Below, in pieces: positions 9,300-18,779 of a DNA stretch of 32,000 nucleotides. The translations under genes and the position numbers were made by a program. Every line of letters begins with the position of its first letter. Positions within the stretch are counted from its first letter, which is position 1. The stretch comes from Candidatus Midichloria mitochondrii IricVA (GTDB lineage Bacteria > Pseudomonadota > Alphaproteobacteria > Rickettsiales > Midichloriaceae), in the NCBI RefSeq assembly GCF_000219355.1, contig NC_015722.1, forward strand, positions 900,001 through 932,000, read 5' to 3'. The notes below the pieces were generated by a model. It did not search any database, was not told the origin of the DNA, and saw only the letters and a list, made by a program, of their open reading frames with translations.

Positions 9300-10187
9300 C
9301 TATTTAGATGGTTTTAAATCCTTAGGTGCGGAAACTTTATAAAAAGGCATAACTGAGCTACGCATAAGCATTATGGACACCCTCCTATTTTTAGCAGCAT
9401 ACGGGTTGTTTTCATATAAAGGAGCTGAGTCAGCATATGCGACGACCTTGGCGATTCTATCACTTGCAATACCTCTACTAACTATAAACCTCCTGGCAGC
9501 ATTGGCCCTATCAGCTGATAATTCCCAAGCAGTATAGTTACCAGTATTATTATTAATTCTGTCTGTATAGCCACCTATTGAGATGAAGTTAGGGGAATAT
9601 TGAATAAGTTTTACGATTTTCTCCAAAATTAATTTGGCATTAGGAGAAAGTGTAGTGCTACCAGATTCGAACATTTCTTGTTCGTCTGAATCTTGAACCT
9701 GTATCAATAACCCTTCAGGAGTTTGCTCTAAAGTAATTTGATTTTTGAATTTACTTAAAGCGGCATCAGATTGTATTCGCCGCTCAATGTTTTCTTGGGT
9801 GGACATAAAAGTCTTATTTTCTGTTTCGATATCTGTCTGTTCCATACCTTGTTGTTGGATAGAAACTATTTGGCCAGCCCGTTTAACTCCATACACAAGG
9901 CCGCTAACAGAGGGGCCATCTGAAGGCGCTTCGTCTTCACTTCTGCTTTCGGAAGAATCCTTATCTAAAGATTTTCTATTCATGAGGCCTATAGTTGGTT
10001 CAAAATACTGGGCGATTCCCTTCAATTTTTGTGAAGGGGTTGAATTAAGGAGCCACAGCAGCAAAAAGAAAGCCATCATCGCAGTCACAAAGTCAGCATA
10101 AGCCACTTTCCAAGCTCCGCCATGATGGCTATCCTTCTGAAGAATTATATTCTTTCTAACTATAATAGATTTGTCTTTATTTAGCAT
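9300..10187 (-). CDS. motB: Flagellar motor stator protein MotB (OmpA-like peptidoglycan-binding C-terminus)
   Basis: The block [25 protein letters not shown] aligns with E. coli MotB [22 protein letters not shown], including the essential Asp. The C-terminal region GYTD...[14 protein letters not shown]...RRVSI is an OmpA/MotB domain. Confidence 0.9.
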   Translation of the reverse strand: [295 protein letters not shown]

Positions 10188-10200
10188 GATATCCCTCCCA

Positions 10201-11046
10201 CTAGATTATTTTGCTCTCTAATTCAGTAAAAGAAGGCTTTATGGTTTCAGGAAGAGTTTGCCTCACAAATTCAATAGAAATAGAAGGTGGATTGCCGTTT
10301 ACGTGTGATATAATAGCAACTTTTATGGCTTCAAAAAATAAAGTTTCTTCTAAACAGAATTTTTGTAAGAACAGGCCAATTGGTGTAACTATTCCATATG
10401 ACAGAAATACTCCTATAAAAGTTCCAATTAGAGCAGAAGCTATCCTTGCACCTAGTATTGCTGGCTCTGCGCCGACTGCCCCCATGGCCGTAACAACTCC
10501 AAGTACCGCAACGATTATTCCAAGCGCTGGTAAAGAATCACCCAGTCGCAATAGAGCATCAGCCATTTTTTCAATCTCAATTCTTTTTTCATCAATGTGA
10601 TTATCCATTATTGCCTCTAATTCATGTGATTTATTAAATCCCATAATAGTTAGCCTGAAATAATCACAGAAAAATTTTATTAATTCTTCTCCGTTGGGCA
10701 CTAAATAAAGTTTGCGGAAAAAATTGCTTTGCTTAGGATTGTCAATCTGTTTTTCAATTTCTGCAAGAGGGGCGCCATTTGCATATTTTAAGAACTGGAA
10801 AATAATAGACAAAAACTCAATAGATTCTGTCCTAGAATAAGGAGAATTTTTGCCTATTTTGTGAAAATTCGCAAATAGCGCTTTCTGTACCGGTTTTGGA
10901 TTAGATATAATAAACGTCCCAATCGCAATCCCAATAATTTCGAGCCATTCAAAGGGTTGCAGTAGTACATGAAGATTGCCACCACTGCCCAAGTAACCAA
11001 TAACTAATGATAAGATAGCTACTACAAAACCAAACTTTAAAGACAT
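10201..11046 (-). CDS. motA: Flagellar motor stator protein MotA
   Basis: 281 aa, collinear with E. coli MotA. Shared blocks are LQPFEWLEIIG vs YQPAELVII, GDSLPALGIIVAVLGVV vs GDSLPAFGIVAAVMGVV, YGIVTPIG vs YGFISPLA, and SIEFVRQTL...PSFTELE vs AVEFGRKTL...PSFIELE. Confidence 0.9.
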   Translation of the reverse strand: MSLKFGFVVAILSLVIGYLGSGGNLHVLLQPFEWLEIIGIAIGTFIISNPKPVQKALFANFHKIGKNSPYSRTESIEFLSIIFQFLKYANGAPLAEIEKQIDNPKQSNFFRKLYLVPNGEELIKFFCDYFRLTIMGFNKSHELEAIMDNHIDEKRIEIEKMADALLRLGDSLPALGIIVAVLGVVTAMGAVGAEPAILGARIASALIGTFIGVFLSYGIVTPIGLFLQKFCLEETLFFEAIKVAIISHVNGNPPSISIEFVRQTLPETIKPSFTELESKII

Positions 11047-11133
11047 ATTTTCTACCTAGAGTATACTAAATAAGCTTAAACAATGTAAGCAATATTTGTA
11101 AAGCAGTAGTACTTAATAAAAATAAAAAATAAT

Positions 11134-11736
11134 TTAACAAATTTCTGTTGATATGGTGTAGTCTTTTTTAATGCCAATTCCGGATAATATCTTGTGGACT
11201 AAACAAGCTGGTAAGCCTAAAACATTAGTATCAACACCACTCATACTTTCTATGAATTGAGCGGCAAATCCTTGCAAAGCATACCCTCCTGCTTTACCAT
11301 GCCATTGCCCGGTCTTGATGAATTCATCCTTTTCTATTTTTGACAATACTTTAAATTTCAAGGTTGTTACTGATATTTTTTTAGAAATTCTACCGTTGTA
11401 AATTAAGCACACGCCGGTATAAACTTTATGTCGCCGTCCTGATAATTTCTCCAAACAATATAAAGCATCTGCTTCTGTTTCTCCTTTCGGCAGAATTGTA
11501 CGCCCTACTCCAACTACTGTATCTGCTCCCAAGACAGCATCAAGGGGATATTCTTTAGAGATTTTCAAAGCTTTCTCAAAGCCAAGACGGAGCGCAAGGC
11601 TACGAGGACCTTCGCTTTCTTTAGGTGTCTCATCTATGTCTGCTGGGATAATTAAATCTGGTTTATAACCCATTTGAGAAAGAACCGATAGCCTGCGCTT
11701 TGATGATGAGGCCAATATTAGCCTTGGCGTTGTCAT
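11134..11736 (-). CDS. maf: Maf-like nucleoside triphosphate pyrophosphatase (septum formation protein Maf)
   Basis: 200 aa. LILASSSKRRLSVL, ADIDE, GADTVV and GKAGGYALQG are Maf-family blocks. Confidence 0.9.
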   Translation of the reverse strand: MTTPRLILASSSKRRLSVLSQMGYKPDLIIPADIDETPKESEGPRSLALRLGFEKALKISKEYPLDAVLGADTVVGVGRTILPKGETEADALYCLEKLSGRRHKVYTGVCLIYNGRISKKISVTTLKFKVLSKIEKDEFIKTGQWHGKAGGYALQGFAAQFIESMSGVDTNVLGLPACLVHKILSGIGIKKDYTISTEIC

Positions 11737-11741
11737 ATTAC

Positions 11742-11981
11742 CTAGAACTTTATGGGAAGATCAGTGCGTCTATGAGTTACTCTACCCTTTGTTAAATCAT
11801 AAGGCGTCATTTCAACTGTTACGTCATCGCCTACCAACACCTTAATTCTATTTTTACGCATTTTACCAGAAGTGTAGGCAATAATTTTATGGCCATTTTC
11901 TAATTCCACCCTAAACATGGCATTGGGCAGCAATTCTAGAATTTTACCCTTAAACTCTAATAGCTCTTCTTTGTTGGACAT
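11742..11981 (-). CDS. infA: Translation initiation factor IF-1
   Basis: 79 aa. The sequence [61 protein letters not shown] is a canonical IF-1 S1 fold sequence. Confidence 0.95.
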   Translation of the reverse strand: MSNKEELLEFKGKILELLPNAMFRVELENGHKIIAYTSGKMRKNRIKVLVGDDVTVEMTPYDLTKGRVTHRRTDLPIKF

Positions 11982-12015
11982 CTATATTCATTAACACCTA
12001 TAAGCACTTGGAGGG

Positions 12016-12044
12016 ATTATAAGCCCAATAAGCTTTTATTGCAA
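12016..12044 (-). promoter_or_regulatory. Candidate sigma70 promoter for infA (TTGCAA-N17-TATAAT on the minus strand)
   Basis: On the minus strand, TTGCAA is at 12044-12039 and TATAAT at 12021-12016 with exactly a 17-nt spacer. This is about 35 nt upstream of the infA ATG (11981). Confidence 0.45.
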
Positions 12045-12317
12045 GCCTACCTATGAGTTCGTTTTGAATATTATTTAGTACTGTTCATAATTAGTAATAT
12101 CACCAAGGCGGTATCGAAAGATTACAAATTTTTAGAGAACTTCGCCTCTTTTTATACTTTAAAATAGATCCCTAGGCTGCCGTAGGATATGCAAACCCCT
12201 ACGTGCGCAACTTTTTTTACCCAGCATGAAGACTTTTAGCTATAAGAAAAAGGTCTAATATTGCTTTAGGTGATATACGATAACCACTGCTCAATTATAA
12301 GACGCTAGAAATTTTTT

Positions 12318-13166
12318 CTAGGAGATACCGTAGATAAATATTCCTAATCTATCAGCTTCCGCTAAAGTTTCCTCTTTGTTTAGTATTAATGCAGAGCTAG
12401 CCTCAAGTGCAACACCTTTAAAATTGTAGCGGTATAGATTCTTTATAGTTTCTGGCCCTACGCAAGGCAGGTCAATCCTTTTATCTTGGTTAGGTTTGCA
12501 TATTTTTATTAATATACACATTTCCTCATCCTTTTGTTGGATCAGCCCACAGCGTTTTATGAGTTCATCTGTACCTTCTGCTGCTTCTACTCCTAAAACT
12601 AAGCCGTTTTGTATAACCAATGCTTGACCTACGTCAAAATTTGCTACTGCTTTTAATATTTCAGTACCCTTCTTTATGTCAGCAAATGCTGCTGGATCAG
12701 GCTTGGTTTTTGTTAAGAGGCCACTCTGGACTATAATTGATGTGGCAAGTTTTTCAGGAGGAATAATGGCGAACCCTTCTGATTCTAAAAATGCTATAAC
12801 AGTACGCAAAATCGAATCGTCATTAAGTCCAGCTTTCATTATCATAGTAAGAAGCTTAGCCCCTTTTAAATCTAGCAATAATTTAGTAACACCCGTTCTT
12901 TTTACTGTGCCGGCTAACACAATGTGCTTTATACTTAAAGATTTAATCTTATTAATAATCTTGCCAATTGCATGCATAGGAAAAGTATAATAGCTTTTTC
13001 CTTCAAAAATCTCTTTTGAAAATTGATCTTCTATTGCAATGATTTCGCATCCAATACCTTTTTCTATACAGCCTTCTAGCACGTGCTTCGGTAGCCAACC
13101 GCGACCAGCAATAACAGCTACTTTTTTTACATCTAAAAGGTTATTAGCAGTTCTATGGGGAGACAA
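12318..13166 (-). CDS. lpxI: UDP-2,3-diacylglucosamine pyrophosphatase LpxI (DUF1009 family)
   Basis: 282 aa, collinear with Caulobacter LpxI. Shared features include VAVIAGRGWLP, FDVGQALVIQNGLVLGVEAAEGTDELIKR, RIDLPCVGPETI and a C-terminal LGIFIYGI. It sits downstream of lpxA, as is usual in alphaproteobacteria. Confidence 0.85.
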   Translation of the reverse strand: MSPHRTANNLLDVKKVAVIAGRGWLPKHVLEGCIEKGIGCEIIAIEDQFSKEIFEGKSYYTFPMHAIGKIINKIKSLSIKHIVLAGTVKRTGVTKLLLDLKGAKLLTMIMKAGLNDDSILRTVIAFLESEGFAIIPPEKLATSIIVQSGLLTKTKPDPAAFADIKKGTEILKAVANFDVGQALVIQNGLVLGVEAAEGTDELIKRCGLIQQKDEEMCILIKICKPNQDKRIDLPCVGPETIKNLYRYNFKGVALEASSALILNKEETLAEADRLGIFIYGIS

Positions 13167-13266
13167 AGGTTACCTCCTGAAATTCTTATCATCTTTTGGC
13201 ATGCAAATCGCTCTTTGATTATTATTTTTTATAAAATCTAATATATCTTGCACAACATGACTACCT

Positions 13267-14007
13267 CTAAAAAAAATTCGCAGCTTCTTCAATTCTTTCA
13301 CTCATTACTCCCTCCTGCTCAAAAAATATTTTCTTAAATACATCAGCAGCCGCCTCTATATCTTTTCTATTAAAGTTAGCCCTCCTCATACCGACATTAT
13401 TTACACCCTCTAAGGTGCCCTTGGGCCCTATTATTACGCTATAAGGGGTGACGCTCTCTCTAACAGCGGTCATACCACCTATCATAGAATATTTACCAAT
13501 TCTTACAAACTGGTGTACACCCGACAACCCGCCTATTATGACGTTATCTTCGAGTACTACATGTCCTGCAAGTCCTGCATTGTTAGCTATAATAACACTA
13601 TTGCCTATAATGCAGTCGTGGGCAATATGGCAGCCGACCATAAATAAACAATTATTCCCAACCACTGTTTTCATTAATCCATGTTTAGTTCCAGGGTGCA
13701 TAGTGACGTATTCCCTGATAACATTGTGCTCTCCTATAATAAGAGCCGATTCTTCCCTAGCATATTTTAAGTCTTGAGGCTGATAACCGAGAGAGGCAAA
13801 TGGAAAGATTTCAGTGCCAGAGCCAATTTCAGTATTACCAGTTATACAAACATGGGAATGTAATTTTACTGATTTTTTTAAAGTTACATTACCTTCTATG
13901 TGACAATAAGGGCCTATTTCAACAAGGCCCTCTATTATTACAGACGGAGCAATGATTGCGGTAGGGTGTATTGTGGCTGAACTACTTATATTATTTATCT
14001 TCGACAT
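13267..14007 (-). CDS. lpxA: Acyl-ACP--UDP-N-acetylglucosamine O-acyltransferase
   Basis: It has left-handed beta-helix hexapeptide repeats, the N-terminal IHPTAII and a C-terminal helical domain. The track ORF starts at 14022, but the Met at 14007 (MSKINN...) fits homologue N-termini better. Confidence 0.9.
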   Translation of the reverse strand: MSKINNISSSATIHPTAIIAPSVIIEGLVEIGPYCHIEGNVTLKKSVKLHSHVCITGNTEIGSGTEIFPFASLGYQPQDLKYAREESALIIGEHNVIREYVTMHPGTKHGLMKTVVGNNCLFMVGCHIAHDCIIGNSVIIANNAGLAGHVVLEDNVIIGGLSGVHQFVRIGKYSMIGGMTAVRESVTPYSVIIGPKGTLEGVNNVGMRRANFNRKDIEAAADVFKKIFFEQEGVMSERIEEAANFF

Positions 14008-14443
14008 CAACCAAAACCGCACTCACAATTGCTTCTGTAACTAGAGTATCGTTTACTCTTACTTCTCCTTTGATTTTCCACATGCTGCTTCTAGACTGAA
14101 TCTTAGAAACTTCTATGATCATCGTGTCACCAGGCTCTACGGGTTTTCTAAATTTTGCATTCTCGATTGAAGTGAAATAAATTAACTTATTATTCATTTC
14201 TGCTTTCGTATCATGGATCAAAAATACAGCAGCAGCCTGTGCCATAGCTTCTATTATTAATACACCTGGCATGACAGGCTTTATAGGAAAGTGTCCCACG
14301 AAGAAATTTTCGTTTACCGTAACGTTTTTTAAGGCTACGGCTTTTATACCGGATTCTATACTAATGATCTTGTCTATTAGCAAAAAGGGGTACCTATGTG
14401 GAATCAGCTTCATTATCTGCTGAATATTTAATATGCTGCTCAT
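13991..14443 (-). CDS. fabZ: 3-hydroxyacyl-ACP dehydratase FabZ
   Basis: 150 aa with the blocks LIPHRYPFLLIDKI and GHFPIKPVMPGVLIIEAMAQ. Confidence 0.95.
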   Translation of the reverse strand: MSSILNIQQIMKLIPHRYPFLLIDKIISIESGIKAVALKNVTVNENFFVGHFPIKPVMPGVLIIEAMAQAAAVFLIHDTKAEMNNKLIYFTSIENAKFRKPVEPGDTMIIEVSKIQSRSSMWKIKGEVRVNDTLVTEAIVSAVLVDVEDK

Positions 14444-15486
14444 TTATTCTCCTTTGAATCTAATGATGATTTAGCGGTTTCAACCATTTTTTTCAATAAA
14501 GTTGTTTGTCTATGCCACTGATTAATATCAACTGCTGGGTAACCACCTACTACTTTACCTTTTTCAAGATCTTTTGTAATGACGCTGGCTCCACTAGCCA
14601 CCACTCCATCTTTCAATTCTAAATGGCCGACAACGCCAACTTGGCCTCCAAGCATAACACCATTTCCAATTACGGTACTGCCTGCAATCCCGACTTGGCC
14701 CGCTAAGAAACAGCTCTGGCCGATTTTAACATTATGGGCAACTTGTACCAGGTTATCTATTTTAGTATTATCCTTTATTACTGTGTCTTCAATAGCCCCT
14801 CTATCTATACAACTGTTAGCTCCTATCTCCACGTTGTCACCAATAATAACGGCGCCAACTTGGTTTACTTTGATAATTCGATTATCATCGTTGGCAAAGC
14901 CAAATCCGTCCTGGCCGATTCTTGCACCGGCATGAATGATACAGTTATTGCCAATTTTACTGTATTCAATTGTTGCCGCATGACCCACCTTAACATTGCT
15001 GCCAATAACAACTTTTTTTCCTATATAAACCCCTGGATAAATATGACAATTGGAGCCGATTTCTGCTTCATCTTCTATAACTGCACCAGCTCCAATAAAA
15101 GAGCCAGAACCGATTTTGGCAGTGGGACTTATGAATGCTCTATCTGACATATTGGAATCTACAGTAATATTCGGAAAAAACAACTCTAAGATTTGTGCCC
15201 AGGCAAAATAAGGATTATCAACTATTATAGCCGCCATTCCTTCAGGAACAAGTGGCAAGTCAATTTCTTTTATAATACAGGCAGAGGCCTTAGATTCTTG
15301 CAACTGTTTGTTATACTTAGGGTTGCTTAAGAAAGTTAAGTCCCCAGATGCTGCATTTTTTAGGGTCTTCAGGCTTTCAATTAATAATTCTTGGTTCCCA
15401 ACAACTTCTGCCTTTATGATAGAAGCTATTTTTCTAATTTCCATTTTTTGTACTGGCTGCCAAAACCTTTCCCGAAATTCCGCCAT
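14440..15486 (-). CDS. lpxD: UDP-3-O-acylglucosamine N-acyltransferase
   Basis: 348 aa with an N-terminal LpxD domain and a long hexapeptide-repeat region. A start at 15444 (MEIRKIASII...) matches homologue N-termini better than 15486. There is a 4-nt overlap with fabZ. Confidence 0.9.
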   Translation of the reverse strand: MAEFRERFWQPVQKMEIRKIASIIKAEVVGNQELLIESLKTLKNAASGDLTFLSNPKYNKQLQESKASACIIKEIDLPLVPEGMAAIIVDNPYFAWAQILELFFPNITVDSNMSDRAFISPTAKIGSGSFIGAGAVIEDEAEIGSNCHIYPGVYIGKKVVIGSNVKVGHAATIEYSKIGNNCIIHAGARIGQDGFGFANDDNRIIKVNQVGAVIIGDNVEIGANSCIDRGAIEDTVIKDNTKIDNLVQVAHNVKIGQSCFLAGQVGIAGSTVIGNGVMLGGQVGVVGHLELKDGVVASGASVITKDLEKGKVVGGYPAVDINQWHRQTTLLKKMVETAKSSLDSKENK

Positions 15487-15488
15487 AA

Positions 15489-16922
15489 CTAATTGTCCTC
15501 TAAAGAAACAAAGAAAGTGCTTTCTCCTCTTGCTATTAAGAACGTTGCTGATCCTTTTCCACTTTTTTTAATATTAGAAGTAATAGCATCAAATTCTTTA
15601 GCTGTAGTAACTTCTTTTTTATTAACGCTTATCACGATATCTCCCGCTCTTATTCCGACCATTGCAGCAAGGCTTCCGCGTTCAACGCCGGTTACTAGAA
15701 CTCCTTTCGCATTGTCTCTTAAATTAAATTTTTTAATTAACCGGGAATTAATAGTTTGCACCTGCATTCCAAATACGGAAGTGTTTTTGGAAGCTTCAAC
15801 ATCATTAGAAGCGATTGTATCTTCTTCTTTTGACTTCTCAACATTCACCTGAATATTAATAATTTTGCCATCCCTGAATATTTCAAGATTAACTTTCTTA
15901 TTGAGTTCAATTTCTCCAACCAGTCTTGGTAATTGAGAAGCTGAAGTAATTGCTTTGCCATCGAGTTTTGTGATAACGTCACCAATTCTTATTCCAGCAC
16001 GTTCAGCTGGGCTGCCTTTTAAGGCTCCGCTAACTAAAGCGCCCCTAATTCCTCTCAATCCAAGATCATCAGCTAGTCCTTTTTCTATATCTTGAATGGT
16101 AACCCCCAGGTGTCCACGAACTATTTTACCTTTTTCTTTTAACTGCTTAAAGACATATTGCACCATATTAGAAGGTATAGCAAAACCTATACCGATGTTG
16201 CCTTTAGAAGGTGATAGTATAACTGAGTTCACCCCTATAACCTCCCCCTCAGTATTAAGCATAGGCCCCCCAGAGTTACCTACATTTATGGCTGCATCTG
16301 TTTGAATAAAATCATCAAAATGGCCGCTATTTATATTCCTTGCTTTAGCAGAAATGATGCCCAGGCTCACTGATCCTCCTAGGCCAAATGGATTGCCAAT
16401 TACCAGGATAAAATCTCCAACTTTTGCCTTGTCAGAATCACCAAATTTAATGAAAGGAAGATTGCTTCCAACATCTATTTTAAGCACGGCAAGGTCAGTC
16501 TTTGAATCTTTTCCTATTAACTTTGCTTTGTAAGACAAACCATTTTCACCGCTTAATGTAACATTAATTTCGTCTGCTTCATCAATTACATGGTTATTTG
16601 TGACTATATAACCACTTGGATCGACAATAAATCCTGATCCTAGAGAAATAGCTTTCCTCGGTGGGACTGGTTGTTCACCACCATAAGGATTTAACCCAAA
16701 TTCGCGTTCAAAAAGGTCACGTAATATATCGTAAGGGTTATCCGCATCTAGTTGTTGCCTTTTTTTGATAACTTTTTGTGAAGTTGAGGTTGATATATTA
16801 ACCACAGCTGGCATACTTTTTTCAACCACTTCGCTAAAAGAAGCGGGAGGAATAGCTCCTGCGTTTGCATTTTTCGCCAAAAGACAGATCGATAATAGTA
16901 TGGGTAGCAAAAATTTTTTCAC
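15489..16922 (-). CDS. htrA: Periplasmic serine endoprotease, DegP/HtrA family (two PDZ domains)
   Basis: 477 aa. The signal peptide is MKKFLLPILLSICLLAKNANA. The catalytic triad contexts TNNHVI, DLAVLK and GNSGGPM are present, followed by two PDZ-like regions. Confidence 0.9.
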   Translation of the reverse strand: MKKFLLPILLSICLLAKNANAGAIPPASFSEVVEKSMPAVVNISTSTSQKVIKKRQQLDADNPYDILRDLFEREFGLNPYGGEQPVPPRKAISLGSGFIVDPSGYIVTNNHVIDEADEINVTLSGENGLSYKAKLIGKDSKTDLAVLKIDVGSNLPFIKFGDSDKAKVGDFILVIGNPFGLGGSVSLGIISAKARNINSGHFDDFIQTDAAINVGNSGGPMLNTEGEVIGVNSVILSPSKGNIGIGFAIPSNMVQYVFKQLKEKGKIVRGHLGVTIQDIEKGLADDLGLRGIRGALVSGALKGSPAERAGIRIGDVITKLDGKAITSASQLPRLVGEIELNKKVNLEIFRDGKIINIQVNVEKSKEEDTIASNDVEASKNTSVFGMQVQTINSRLIKKFNLRDNAKGVLVTGVERGSLAAMVGIRAGDIVISVNKKEVTTAKEFDAITSNIKKSGKGSATFLIARGESTFFVSLEDN

Positions 16923-16990
16923 AATCTTAACCTTTTAAATATTCATCAACAAATAAACATACCCGAACAAAAATCTTCATTTTTTAGAAA

Positions 16991-18772
16991 ATGAAGTATA
17001 TGTATATCATACATAAAAATAGATCATATCCAATGATAAAGAAAGTCCTTAAGAAAAAAATACTTGATTATTTAAAAATATATAAGAATTACCTGCTCGG
17101 GGTTTTTATTTGTCTAATTATTACCTCTTCTTCAGTACTTATAATGAGTCATAGTTTAGGGTATGTTATAGATAAAGCAATAGTTGCCAAAAATACAGTT
17201 ATGCTTGATTCGGCAATGTTATATTTCATAAGTATAGCCTTAATTCTTGCAATTGCAACGGGCCTTAGATGCTCTCTTATCACTCTAACTGGGGAATATG
17301 TTGTTAGAGATATCAGAGAAGATATGTATAGCAAGATATTAGAGCTGTCACCGTCATTTTATGAAGATAAGAGGACTGGAGAAATATTATCCGGATTAAA
17401 TACAGACACCGCCCTTTTGCAATCTGTAATAAGCAGTATTTCAGTTACCATGCGCAATTCTATAATGTTAGTAGGAAGTATCGTTATGCTTGCAATTTCA
17501 AGTCTTAAGCTTACTATTATGATACTTGCGATGATACCTGTAGTCTTAGTGCCAATTATATCAGTAAGCAGGAAATTAAAAAGTATTGCAAGGAAGTACC
17601 AAGATACTGTTGCAGAATTATCTTCTGAATCGGAAGAGACTATTTCTTTTATAAAAGTGGTGCAGTCTTATACTAGAGAGGAGTACCAACGGAGAAATTT
17701 TGCAACCAGCTTGGATTATACAGTTAATACAGGCAAACTTGGAATAAAAACTAGAGCCTTGCTTGTTGTGGTAGTAATATGTTTAATATTTGGAGGAATA
17801 GGCACAATTCTCTGGGTTGGCGGCCACGATGTTTTGGCAGGAACATTAAGTCCTGGTCAATTATCGACTTTTATATTTTTATCTTTAATCTGCGCTACAA
17901 CTTCCATGTCAATTACCGAAGCGTTTGGTGAAATTCAAAAAGCGGCCGGGGCCACGCAAAGAATTTTTGAATTTTTAAATATTGAGCCTGCCATAAAAAA
18001 TCCCAAAAATCCAGTCAAGTTAATTTCGAATAACCGTGGTACTTTAGCTTTTAAGGGTGTTTATTTCTCTTATATACCGCAAAAGTCAGTATTACAAAAT
18101 ATTTCTTTTGCTGTTGAGCCTGGAAAAATGTTGGCCATAGTTGGTGAATCCGGATCTGGTAAGAGTACAATTGTTCAACTTATACTAAGATTTTACGATG
18201 TGCAGCAAGGAGGAATTCTGCTTGATGGGATAGATATAAAAAATCTTAATTTGGCAGACTTACGCAACAACTTCGGATATGTTGGGCAAGATCCTGTTGT
18301 TTTCTCAGCTTCGGCTTATCAAAATATCTTGTATGGTAATCCGGATGCTAGTAAAGAGGAGGTCATTAGAGCAGCAAAATTTGCTTCCGCATATAATTTT
18401 ATCCAAAAATTACCGGGGGGCTTTAACACTTTTTTAGGAGAAAAAGGAACGAAGTTATCTGGAGGACAAAAGCAGCGTATAGCAATTGCTAGAGCTCTTT
18501 TGAAAAACCCTAAAATATTATTATTAGATGAAGCAACAAGCGCATTGGATAGCAAAAATGAAAATTTGATCCAAAATGCCTTAGATAAATTAATGAAAGA
18601 TAGGACTACCATCGTAATTGCTCATAGAATTTCTACAATTGTGAATGCTGATCAAATATTGTTATTAAAAAATGGTCATATTGCGGCAAGGGGTACGCAT
18701 GAATTTCTGCTAAAAAGCAGTCCTGAGTATAGAAAACATTTTTCACTATATGATAAGTTGCCCTACTCCTGA
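16991..18772 (+). CDS. ABC exporter, fused permease/ATPase (ABCB/MsbA-type)
   Basis: 593 aa with an N-terminal six-TM domain. It carries Walker A GESGSGKST, signature LSGGQKQRIAIARALL and Walker B ILLLDEATSALD. An alternative start at 17033 (MIKKVLKK) is possible. The substrate cannot be inferred from sequence alone. Confidence 0.85.
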   Translation: MKYMYIIHKNRSYPMIKKVLKKKILDYLKIYKNYLLGVFICLIITSSSVLIMSHSLGYVIDKAIVAKNTVMLDSAMLYFISIALILAIATGLRCSLITLTGEYVVRDIREDMYSKILELSPSFYEDKRTGEILSGLNTDTALLQSVISSISVTMRNSIMLVGSIVMLAISSLKLTIMILAMIPVVLVPIISVSRKLKSIARKYQDTVAELSSESEETISFIKVVQSYTREEYQRRNFATSLDYTVNTGKLGIKTRALLVVVVICLIFGGIGTILWVGGHDVLAGTLSPGQLSTFIFLSLICATTSMSITEAFGEIQKAAGATQRIFEFLNIEPAIKNPKNPVKLISNNRGTLAFKGVYFSYIPQKSVLQNISFAVEPGKMLAIVGESGSGKSTIVQLILRFYDVQQGGILLDGIDIKNLNLADLRNNFGYVGQDPVVFSASAYQNILYGNPDASKEEVIRAAKFASAYNFIQKLPGGFNTFLGEKGTKLSGGQKQRIAIARALLKNPKILLLDEATSALDSKNENLIQNALDKLMKDRTTIVIAHRISTIVNADQILLLKNGHIAARGTHEFLLKSSPEYRKHFSLYDKLPYS

Positions 18773-18779
18773 AAAGGAC

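Noticed and set aside
9300-11046. motAB as a Zorya-type (ZorAB) anti-phage stator
   Set aside because: MotA here is 281 aa and collinear with flagellar MotA along its whole length. It lacks the long C-terminal tail of ZorA, and no ZorC/D-like genes are adjacent.
12000-12317. 336-nt intergenic region searched for tRNA, sRNA or terminator, including the hairpin CGTAGG-N11-CCTACG at about 12191-12213 followed by T7
   Set aside because: The hairpin plus T-run is on the plus strand, where no upstream gene exists, and the stem is only 6 bp. No tRNA cloverleaf can be drawn. Only the infA promoter candidate was kept.
13448-15147. Long plus-strand ORFs (13448-13777, 14579-14935, 14734-15147) rich in P/T/I
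   Set aside because: They are antisense shadows of the lpxA and lpxD hexapeptide-repeat regions. The minus-strand products have clear family motifs. The same applies to other antisense track ORFs such as 945-1208, 2455-2892, 4085-4764, 9745-10101, 10211-10600, 12676-12990, 15493-15852, 18319-18612 and 25143-25403.
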